Shown: piece by piece, positions 50,743 to 62,274 of the stretch
How positions within the stretch are numbered: the first letter of the stretch is position 1
How the letters are laid out: each line of letters begins with the position of its first letter
NCBI GenBank assembly: GCA_028826165.1
Contig: JAPDFW010000081.1
Coordinates: forward strand, 1-64,000
Reading direction: 5' to 3'
DNA length: 64,000 bases
From: Anaeramoeba ignava BMAN
Taxonomy: Eukaryota > Protista > Anaeramoebae
Made by a program: the position numbers and the translations under genes
Notes under the pieces: model-generated
The model's database searches: none
What the model was told of the DNA's origin: nothing
Seen by the model: the letters and a program-made list of their open reading frames with translations, nothing else

Positions 50743-53700
50743 TTAAACTTTTTTGACGTAATTTCCAGGAAATGCACCAGATTGACCAGATTCATTTTCA
50801 CCAACAAACCAACCAGAATCAATTCTTGAAATTGTAACTGTTTCACCTTCTACAATAGATAATTCCCCATCAGCTTGGGAATCATAAGGAAATACAACCT
50901 AAAATTCAAAAGAAATTTATTTTTAAATCCATTTTTAAATTTATTATTAAATTTATTATTAAATTTATTTTTAAATTTATTTTTAAATTTATTTTTAAAT
51001 TCATTTCTAAATTTATTTTTAAATTTATTTTTAAATTTATTTTTAAATTCATTTTTAAATTCATTTTTAAATTTATTTCTAAATTCATTTCTAAATTTAT
51101 TTTTAAATTTATTTTTAAATTCATTTTTAAGTTTATTTCAAAATTTATTATTAAATTTATTTTTAAATTAATTTTTAAATTAATTTTTAAATTCATTTTT
51201 AAATTTATTTTTAAATTCATTTTTAAATTCATTTCTAAATTCATTTTTAAATTTATTATTAAATTCATTTTTAAATTTATTATTAAATTCATTTTTAAAT
51301 TTATTTTTAAATTCATTTTTAAATTTATTTTTAAATTTATTATTAAATTCATTTTTATTTTTATTTTTAAATTCATTATTAAATTCATTTTTAAATTAAT
51401 TTCTAAATTCATTTTTAAATTCATTTTTGAATTTATTTTTAAATTCATTTTTAAATTCATTATTAAATTTATTTTTAAATTTATTTTTAAATTCATTTCT
51501 AAATTCATTTTTAAATTCATTTTTAAATTTATTTTTAAATTCATTTCTAAATTTATTTTTAAATTTATTTTTAAATTCATTTTTAAATTTATTTTTAAAT
51601 TCATTTTTAAATTTATTTTTAGATTTATTTTTAAATTCAATTTTAAATTCATTATTAAATTCATTATTAAATTCATTATTAAATTCATTATTAAATTCAT
51701 TATTAAATTCATTTTTAAATTCATTTTTAAATTTATTTCTAAATTCATTTCTAAATTTACAGTGCATTTATCACCAATTTGAATATTATCATCAACATTA
51801 ACATTTTGTGTGGTTTCTTGTTGAGGTTTTTCATCATTATCAATAGGTTTAACATGATTAGCAGGAAATAAACCACGTTTTCCATTAACTTCACCTTCCC
51901 ACCAATCCTGGTCATGTTTTTTTAAAACATGAACAATATCTCCTGAATTAAATTGTAAATCTGTTGATTCTGTTCCTTTGTAATCAAATTCTGCTTTTAC
52001 ATCAAATTCTGTATCTTCTGTTTGTGAATCATTAACTGGTTGTGTTTTTGTTTTTGTGAGATTTGTTGATGTAGTTTTTGGTTGTGGCTATTATTTTATT
52101 TTTGAATTAATTTTTGAATTAATTTTTAAATTCATTTCTAAATTCATTTTTAAGTTTATTATTAAATTCATTTTTAAATTCATTATTAAATCTATTTTTA
52201 AATTTATTTCTAAATTTATTTTTAAATTTATTTTTAAATTCATATTTTAAATTTATTTTTAAATTCATTTTTAAATTTATTTTTGAATTCATTTCTAAAT
52301 TTATTTTTGAATTTATTTCTAAATCCATTTTTAAATTTATTATTAAATCTATTTTTGAATTTATTATTAAATTCATTTTTAAATTGAGACCATGATTTAA
52401 AATTCATTTCTAAATTCATTTTTAAGTTTATTATTAAATTCATTTTTAAATTCATAATTAAATTTATTTCTAAATTTATTATTAAATTTATTTTTAAATT
52501 CATTTTTAAATTTATTTATAAATTTATTTTTAAATTGATTTTTAAATTGATTTTTAAATTGATTTCTAAATTTATTTTTAAATTTATTTTTAAATTAATT
52601 TTTGAATTAATTTTTAAATTCATTTTTAAATTTATTTTTAAATTTATTTCTAAATTCATTTTTAAATTTATTTTTAAATTTATTTTTAAATTTATTTTTA
52701 AATTAATTTTTGAATTAATTTTTAAATTCATTTCTAAATCTATTTTTAAATTTATTTTTAAATTAATTTTTGAATTCATTTTTAAATTCATTTTTAAATT
52801 TATTTTTAAATTTATTTTTAAATTTATTTTTAAATTCATTTTTAAATTTATTTTTAAATTCATTTTTAAATTCATTTTTAAATTCATTTTTAAATTCATT
52901 TCTAAATTCATTTTTAAATTCATATTTAAATTTATTTTTAAATTCATTTTTAAATTTATTTCTAAATTTATTTCTAAATTTATTTTCAAATTTATTATTA
53001 AATCCATTTTTAAATTCATTTTTAAATTTATTTTTGAATTTATTTCTAAATTAATTATTTTTACAACTGATGTGTTTGTTGTATCTTTTTCTGATGTTTC
53101 TGTTGGAGTTGTATTTTCGGAAATATATTTATTAACTAATGTTTTAACATCATCTTGAGCATTAATTTTGGTAATTGATTCTTGAATATTAGTATTAAGT
53201 TGTCCATATTTAGTAACCAAATAACTTTGATCAGCTGCAAATGCTTGTAGTTGTTTTTGAACAACACCAATTCGATTTTCTTCAATTGTTTGTAAATCCT
53301 TTTAAATGAGAAAATTTTTTTCATTTTAAATTTAATTTTAAATTTAATAAATAAGTAATTAAACGTTATATTACAGCAAGTCCAAGAGGTACTACTTCGT
53401 TGTAATATTCATCTTCACAAGCTCCAAGATTACGTTTAGCTTTTTTTAATTCATCATCAATTTTTTCTTGTTTTTTCCTGAGTTTATCTGCTTTTGATTG
53501 TGCCTAAATTTATTTATAATTTTTAAATAAATTTATATTTAATTTTATAAATAATTTAATAAATAATTTTATAAATAATTTAATAAATAATTTTATAAAT
53601 AAATTTATAAATAATTTTATAAATAATTTTATAAATAAATTTATAAATAATTTTATAAATAATTTTATAAATAATTTTATAAATAATTTTATAATTAATT

Positions 53701-55263
53701 TTATAATTAATTTTATAAATAATTTTATAAATAATTTTATAAATAATTTTATAATTAATTTTATAAATAATTTATATAAATAATTTTGTAAATAATTTTA
53801 TTTTAAATTTTATAAATAATTTTGTAAATAATTTTATTTTAAATTTTATAATTAATTTTATAAATAATTTTATAAATAATTTATATAAATAATTTTATAA
53901 ATAATTTTATAAATAATTTTATAAATAATTTTATAAATAATTTTATATATAAATTTATATTTAATTTTATTTTAAATTTATATATAATTTTATATTTAAT
54001 TTTATAAATAATTTTGTAAATAATTTTATAAATAATTTTATAAATAATTTTATAAATAATTTTATAAATAATTTTATAAATAAATTTTATAAATAATTTT
54101 ATATATAATTTTATATATAATTTTATAAATAATTTTATAAATAATTTTATAAATAATTTTTATAAATAATTTTATAAATAATTTTATAAATAATTTTATA
54201 AATAATTTTATAAATAATTTTATAAATAATTTTATAAATAATTTTATAAATAATTTTATAAATAATTTTATAAATAATTTTATAAATAATTTTATAAATA
54301 ATTTTATAAATAATTTTATAAATAATTTTATAAATAATTTTATAAATAATTTTATAAATAATTTTATATATAAATTTATATTTAATTTTATAATTTAATT
54401 TTATAAATAATTTTATATTTAATTTTATATTTAATTTTATAAATAATTTTATATTTAATTTTATAAATAATTTTGTAAATAATTTTATAAATAATTTTGT
54501 AAATAATTTGCTCACTTTAGGATCATTTTGTGCATTTTGTTCAAGTCTTGTAGTTTCAGCCACATTTTTTTCAGACTTGAGTTTACTCTGAAAATTTTTT
54601 TAAATTTGAAATTTAAAATTGATATAAAAATTTGAGTATTTTTGTTAAATAATCTTTTTACATTATCAAACTTATTTTTCAAACTCATCAATTCTTTTAA
54701 TTTCTTATCACAAACTTTTGTTGTCTTTTAAAAAGAAAAAAAATTTTTTCAAAATGAATTTAATTGGAAAAAAAAATTGAAAAAGAAAAAATTTTTTTAC
54801 TTCTTTCCGTTTTTTTTGAGTTTCTTTATCAAAATCAACAAATGGTTTTGTTGTTTCTGTTAAAAGAGTTTGTGAAGATTTAGTTAAAGCTTGTCCGTAT
54901 TGAGTAAGATTTATTTTAATATCATTAAAAGCAGCTTCAATAGTTCTTGATAAAAAAAAAAAAGGCAAAATTATAAAAAAAATTTTTTTTTAGATCAAAT
55001 CAAAAAAAAAGAGGGAATTTTGATCAAAATGAAAAATAATTGAAATTAATTCTAAATATGTTTTGGATTAATTCTATTTACCCATAATTTTCAAATCCAA
55101 GTTTTGGAGAAGAAACAAGTTTAATTATTGATTTGCCAAAACCATCTTGTAATTTAGCAAATTTATGAATAAAATCTGCTAAAGATTTAAGTGCATCAAA
55201 ATTAGTTTGAGTTTGTGTTTTAATTTGAGGATAAGCTCCCCTTAAATCAGTTGAAAAACTCAT
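50743..55263 (-). CDS. F-BAR (FCH) protein with two C-terminal SH3 domains (Bzz1/FCHSD-like architecture, 435 aa, 8 exons)
   Basis: In-frame exons 55263-55082, 54945-54801, 54724-54662, 54587-54516, 53503-53375, 53298-53065, 52087-51761, 50898-50743. MSFSTDL start, DLQTIEENRI; SH3-1 AEFDYKG..DLQFNSGDIV..DWWEGEVNGKRGLFPANHV; SH3-2 FPYDSQADGELSIVEGE..GWFVG..GAFPGNYV. Confidence 0.92.
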
Positions 55264-55500
55264 ATTGAAAAAAAAAAAAAATAAGCAAAAAGAAAGAAAA
55301 AAAAGAAAATTAAAAAAATGAAAAAATCAAAATAAAAAAAAATAAAAAAAATAAAACTTTACATATTTTTTATTATATATATAAATTTTTATTTTTTATA
55401 TTTAAAGATATATCTATATTTTTTTATTGAAAATTATTTTTTATTTATTTTTTTTTTATTTTTTCAAATTCATTTTTTCTTCTTTTCTTCTTTTATTTTA

Positions 55501-58500
55501 ATGAATAATCCAATTAAAGATTATATTTTAATTTGCGAGTTTTGCCAAGTTTCTGGGCCAGTTTTAAAATTTTCATATCCAAAAATTGATGAAATAGTTG
55601 GGACAATACCCGTTCAATTACTCAAAACAAATTACGAAGTTCAACCATCTTTTCAAATACAAGAAGACATAATATCTATTCAAAAAGTGTATTCAAGTCA
55701 GGATCAAATCTTCTATGCATATGTAAATTCTTTTAAACAAGATATATTCTAAATTACAATTAGTGACAGTTTTTTTCCGTTAAAAAAAATGTAAAATCAA
55801 AATAAGGCTCATCGATTTTTTTTGTTTGATTCTCAAGCAAGAGGTTTTACTCGCTCAATTTGTCTTGCTTATTTAACAAATAACTATGATAAAATTATGA
55901 TGAATTTGAACCAATTTTTATTTAAATTTTCAAACATTTCAAATCTTTTAAAACTTGATAATTTTGCTTTATTTTTAAAAAGATTTAAAACCCAAAATTT
56001 GGATTTGGATTTTACATTAAATCGAGCAAATGAAAATAAAGAAGATAATGTAAAATTTCAAAATTTAAAAATTCAAAATTTAAAAATTCAAAATTTAAAA
56101 ATTCAAAATTCAAAATTCAAAATTTAATTAGAGCAAATTTATACAAGATTGGAGTAAAGAAACAATGAGAATATTTTCAATCATTTTTGAAAATATTCCA
56201 AAAAATGTGATCGATATTCTTTTGAAAATATATAAAAATCAAAATGAAAAAATTTCTCATTTATTTGAAACTGAAAACTTTAATTCTTTGGAAAATAAGC
56301 TAAAACTGAAGATGGTTTTTGATATATTGTTTCAAGATTATAATCCAAAAAGGCATCAATTTGTAAAACAAGATGAGTTTCTTCCAAATATCGAAACAAT
56401 TTTTCATTCTCATTTTTATCAAAAAGCTATAAATAATTTAATTATTCCTCTTTTGTCTAATTTTTCACTTACTAAAATTTCAAGATTATTTGATTTTGAT
56501 TTGTCAAGTTTATCAAAATCAAATTATTTATTTTTTCATGTTGGAGGAATTCCCATTTTGAATTTTTATCAATTCAATGAATTTATCAATAATAATGATT
56601 TGATTTATATCCGGAGTTTGGATTCCATAGAAAATATTTTTTTAAATGATAGTAATTTAAATAATTATCTAGAGGCTTTACTCTCTATTGAGAAACAAAG
56701 TAAAAGTCAAGATTTGTTCTCTTTTTTTGTAAAACATTTTGATGAAAATGAAAATCAATTAGAAAATGAAAATCAATTAGAAAATCAATTAGAAAATGAA
56801 AATCAAAATCAAAATCAAAATCAAATTGAAAATCAAAATCAAATTAAAAATCAAAATGAAAATCAATTAGAAATGAAAATCAAAATCAAAATCAAAATCA
56901 ATTAGAAAATAAAAATCAATTAGAAAATGAAAATCAATTAGAAAATCAATTAGAAAATGAAAATCAAAATCAAAATCAAAATCAATTAGAAAATCAAAAT
57001 CAAATTCAAAATCAAAAACAAATTCAAATTCAAAATCAAATTCAAAATCAAAATCAAAATCAAAATCAAAATCGAAATTGAAAATGAAAATCAAAATCAA
57101 AATCAAAATGAAAATAAAAATCAAAATCAAAATCAAAATCAAAATCAAAATGAAAATGAAAATGAAATTGAAAATGAAAATGAAAATCAAAATGAAAATC
57201 AAAATCAAAATCAAAATCAAAATCAAAATGAAAATCAAAATGAAAATCAAAATCAAAATCAAAATGAAAATCAATTAGAAAATCAAAATCAAAATCTAAA
57301 TCAAAATCAAATTCAAAATGAAAATCAAAATCAAAATCAAAATCAAAATCAAAATCAAAATCAAAATCAAAATCAAAATCAAAATCAAAATCAAAATTAA
57401 AATGAAAATCAAAATCAAAATCAAAATCAAAATCAAAATCAAAATCAAAATCAAAATAAAAATCAAAATCAAAATCAAAATCAAAATCAAAATCAAAATC
57501 AAAATAAAAATCAAAATCAAAATCAAAATCAAAATCAAAATAAAATTGAAAATGAAAATGAAAATAAAAATCAAAATCAAAATCAAAATCAAAATCAAAA
57601 TCAAAATCAAAATCAAAATGAAAATCAAAATGAAAATCAAAATGAAAATCAAAATCAAAATCAAAATCAAAATCAAAATCAAAATCAAAATCAAAATCAA
57701 AATCAAAATCAAAATCAAAATCAAAATCAAAATGAAAATCAAAATGAAAATCAAAATGAAAATCAAATTGAAAATCAAAATGAAAATGAAAATCAAATTG
57801 AAAATCAAATTCAAATTCAAAATCAAAATAAATTTCAAAATGAAAATGAAAATCAAATTGAAATTCAAATTCAAAATCAAAATCAAAATGAAAATAAAAA
57901 TCAATTAGAAAATGAAAATGAAAATCAAAATGAAAAACAAAATTTCAGATCAAACAATTTGACATTCAATGATTTATTTGAATTTAAAAAATTAAAACCA
58001 TTAATTGATAGTCTTTCAACCACAGAAATAACAAATATAATTCGATATCTAGATGGATATCTAGAAAATTTATTATTCTCTCTTCTAATTGGAAGACCAG
58101 TTGCTATAATTGGAGATGCAAAAAATAAAGAAAAAATATTTTGTATAATTCGATTCTTAGCAATTTTTGTTCCTGGAAACCAGGAATTTCAATATTGGAT
58201 AGAATTACCATTGAAATTTGTAGATTTGGAAAGTATTAAATTATGTGGAATGTCAAAAAAAATTGGCATTTCTCAAGAAATAAAAGAATTTATAACAATA
58301 CTTGATTATGAAGAAAATAGTTTAGTTTCTCCTTTTTATCCACCTTCTTCTTCTTCTAAGAAAAACATTATTACGAAATTGATGAGAATCAAAAAATTAT
58401 CATCTGACAAAGATCTTCTATTGTTTTTTATTTACCAAACTTTTTATGAATTTATAGTCAAAATTTACATTCATTTCTGTTTTATGCAAATTCAACAATT

Positions 58501-58750
58501 TTCTCAAGTTGGAAATTTTGTACAAAAATTCACAAAAGAAAAATTCAGTGAAATATATGATTCAGAATTATTACTTCATTCAGATACTGAATTTGATTTT
58601 AAAAATTTTGGTTTTGTAGAAGAGGATCTATTAATTATTAAAAATTTTTACAGAATTATTACTTCTCAAATTTACACTAAAAAAATAGAAAAAAATAAAG
58701 GTTCAATTCATTTAGATTTCCAAGAAATTATTAAAATTTCAAAGAAATGA
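55501..58750 (+). CDS. SMCR8: SMCR8-like longin/DENN protein (folliculin family) with long central QN tract
   Basis: Exons 55501-55722, 55807-56049, 56132 onward. DYILICEFCQVSGP, AYAHRFFLFDSQARGFTRSICLAYLTNNYDKIM, FSLLIGRPVAIIG, LAIFVP, ITILDYEENSLVSPFY match SMCR8 motifs from memory. The 56745-57940 QN tract has frameshifts (indel errors or an intron). Confidence 0.85.
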
Positions 58751-58881
58751 AAATGAAGATTAAAAAAAGAAGAATTTTAATTGATTATTTTTTTAATTAA
58801 ATTTTTTTTTTTTTCCATAATTAAAATTTTTTTTTGAATTTTTTTCTTTTAAAAAATAATTTTTTTTTAATCTTTTTTCTT

Positions 58882-59047
58882 GTGTAAAGACAAAGGAGAG
58901 ATGGTTAGCAACTCTCGGGAACACGAATGAGTTTGTTTTATTCTTTATTGAATTAAAACACAGTTTTTCTTAAGGTTTTTTATAATTATTTTACACTTAC
59001 AGCCTTTCGTTTTTTAAAAGCGAAAGAAAAAACCTTAAAACCTTTTT
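58882..59047 (+). ncRNA. RNU6ATAC: U6atac snRNA (minor spliceosome catalytic RNA)
   Basis: 5' GTGT start; AAGGAGA box at nt 12 (58893-58899); GATGGTT then AGC triad (58907-58909); ISL AACTC-TCG-GGAACA-CGA-AT-GAGTT (58910-58933) with AU bulge; hairpin TGTTTTA..TAAAACA; AACAC..TTAAGG motif; 12-bp 3' stem 58970-58981/59027-59038; oligo-T at 59043-59047. 3' end approximate. Confidence 0.88.
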
Positions 59048-59076
59048 GATTTTTATTTTTTATTTTATTTTTATTT

Positions 59077-62000
59077 TTATTTAATTATTAATCTGTAAAC
59101 ATAAATTGAATTATCTTCAGTTCCTATTATAATTGAAAGAGAATCTTCTATATTTTCTTGTTTTGATTTTTTGAAATTTCCAACAACAATATCAATAATC
59201 CAAGAATTAAATTTTTCTTCAGCGATTAACTATAAATTAAAAATTTTTTTTTTCCGATTTTATTATAAATAATTTTATAATTAATTTTATAAATAATTTA
59301 ATAAATAATTTAATAAATAATTTTATAAATAATTTTATAATTAATTTAATAAATAATTTTATAATAAATTTTATAAATAAATTTTATAAATAATTTTATA
59401 AATAATTTTATAAATAATTTTATAAATAATTTTATAAATAATTTTATAAATAATTTTATATATAATTTTATAAATAATTTTATAAATAATTTTATAATTA
59501 ATTTTATAAATAATTTTATAAATAATTTTATAAATAATTTTATAAATAATTTTATTAATAATTTTATAAATAATTTTATAATTAATTTTATAAATAAATT
59601 TATAAATAATTTTATAAATAATTTTATAAAAATATTTATTAATAATTTTATAAATAATTTTATAATTAATTTTATAAATAATTTTATAAATAATTTTATA
59701 AATAATTTTATATTTAATTTTATATTTAATTTTATAATTAATTTTATAAATAATTTTATAAATAATTTTATAAATAATTTTATATTTAATTTTATAAATA
59801 ATTTTATATTTAATTTTTATAAATAATTTTATAATTAATTTTTATAATTAATTTTATAAATAATTTTATATTTAATTTTATAATTAATTTTATAAATAAT
59901 TTTATTAATAATTTTTATATAATTTAATATTTAATTTTATAAATAATTTTATAAATAATTTTATAAATAATTTTATAAATAATTTTATAAATAATTTTAT
60001 AATTAATTTTATAATTAATTTTATAATTTTATATTTAATTTTATAATTAATTTTATAAATAATTTTATAATTAATTTTATAAATAATTTTATTAATAATT
60101 TTATAAATAATTTAATATTTAATTTTATAAATAATTTTTGTATATAATTTTATTAATAATTTTATAAATAATTTTATTAATAATTTTATATTTAATTTTA
60201 TATTTAATTTTATAAATAATTTTATAAATAATTTTATAATTAATTTTATATTTAATTTTATAAATAAATTTATAAATAATTTTATTAATAAATTTATAAA
60301 TAATTTTATAAATAATTTTATAAATAATTTTATAAATAATTTTATAAATAATTTATAAATAATTTTATAAATAATTTTATTAATAATTTTATAAATAATT
60401 TTATAAATAATTTTATATTTCTTGATTGATTTACTTTGCCATCAAGATAAGCAAAAAGAAATCCAGAATAGCATCCACAAATAACAATATTATTAGAAAT
60501 TCCTTTTATATTATAAGTTGCTACACAAGAAATTTGATATTTTAAATTTGAATAAAAAGTCATTTGAAAATTGGAAAAGACAAATAATTCACTGAATTGA
60601 TTTACTAAAAGAATTTGATTTTGATTTTCATTTTGATTTTCATTTTGAATTTGAATTTGATTTTGAATTTGAATTTGATTTTGAATTTGAATTTGATTTT
60701 GAATTTGAATTTGATTTTCATTTTCAATTTGATTTTCATTTTGAATTTGATTTTGATTTTGATTTTGAATTTGATTTTCATTTTGAATTTGAATTTGATT
60801 TTGAATTTGATTTTGAATTTGATTTTGATTTTTATTTTGATTTAAATTTTGATTTTGAATTTGATTTTGATTTTGATTTTGATTTTGATTTTGATTTTGA
60901 TTTTGATTTTCATCTTGATTTTTATTTTGATTTTGGATTTGTTGACTATTATTTAAATTAGAAAGAAACATTCCTTCACATGCTGTTTCTATTTGTGATG
61001 AAATATTAATTGAAAAAGCAAATGAATCTTCTGCATAAAAAAGTATAGCTTTTTCATTTCTACAAATCATTAAATATTTTGTTTCAATTCCATTTCCATC
61101 TTTAAAAATAACAGGTGATAAAAATTTAATTGATTTTTGTTTTTTTTCTTGTTTTTGTTTTGAGTTTTTTTTAATATTAGTTTCATTTGTATTAATTTTC
61201 CAAATTGTTTCGTGATGATCAAATTTAGAAATTATTCCATTTTGAGTTCCTATGATTAGATCACCATTTGATTCTTTTAATGATGTAATTGGAGTTTGAA
61301 AATTGTTTCTTCCAATGATTCTTTTATTGTGGAATATCAATACATTTCCTTTAAAATTAAAATTCATTTATAAAATTAAAATTAAAATTAAAATTAAAAT
61401 TCATTTATAAAATTAAAATTAAAATTAAAATTGAAATTGAAATTGAAATTGAAATTAAAATTAAAATTGATTTTGAAATTAAAATTCATTTATAAAATTA
61501 AAATTAAAATTAAAATTAAAATTAAAATTAAAATTAAAATTGAAATTAAAATTAAAATTAAAATTAAAATTGAAATTAAAATTGAAATTAAAATTAAAAT
61601 TAAAATTAAAATTAAAATTAAAATTAAAATTCATTTATAAAATTAAAATTAAAATTAAAATTAAAATTAAAATTAAAATTAAAATTAAAATTAAAATTAA
61701 ATTTTAAAATTAAAATTAAAATTAAAATTAAAATTCATTTATAAAATTAAAATTGAAATTCATTTATGAAATTAAAATTGATTTTGATTTTGATTTTAAT
61801 TTTGATTTTGATTTTGATTTTGAAATTGAAATTTGAATTACCAGAATTATCACCAATAATTAAATCATTTGAACCAAATCTCATAATATCTGAAATTAAA
61901 ATTTGTTGTATTGATTCACCCATTGTTTCTAAAATTAATTCTTCATTCTATTTTCGAAAATAATTGTAAAATTAAATTTAAATTAAATTTAAATTAAAAT

Positions 62001-62167
62001 TGTTTTTTTTTTACTTTTGTATTTTCTAAAATAAAAAATCTGATACTTCCATCATCACAACCAACAACAATACAACAAGAAAACCCAAAAATATCACCAA
62101 TAGAAAGACAATTAAAAGAAATTTTAGAAACAATTTGAAAAATTTTTTGGAAATGAAAGTTATTCAT
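59077..62167 (-). CDS. WD40/FG-GAP-like beta-propeller protein with QN insert (441 aa, 4 exons)
   Basis: In-frame exons 62167-62015, 61947-61842, 61348-60435, 59229-59077; blade motifs CLSIGDIFG..IVVGCDDGSIRFF, LIIGDNSGNVLIF, LIIGTQNGII, IVICGCYSGFLFAY, IIIGTEDNSIYVY. Confidence 0.8.
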
Positions 62168-62274
62168 TTAAGATAAAAAAAAAATGAAAAAAAAATTAAA
62201 AAAATTCCATTTTCATTTTTTTTTCATTTTTTTATTTTTTTAATAATCAATTTAAAAAAAAAAAATTTCTTTCT

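Noticed and set aside
52384-52396. Isolated non-repeat word TTGAGACCATGAT inside an F-BAR intron satellite (micro-exon or snoRNA?)
   Set aside because: No flanking splice sites or box C/D pairing, and the neighbouring exons already join in frame.
48845-59047. SmD1 and U6atac as a spliceosomal gene cluster
   Set aside because: They are 8 kb apart with two unrelated genes between, and U6atac binds Lsm rather than Sm proteins.
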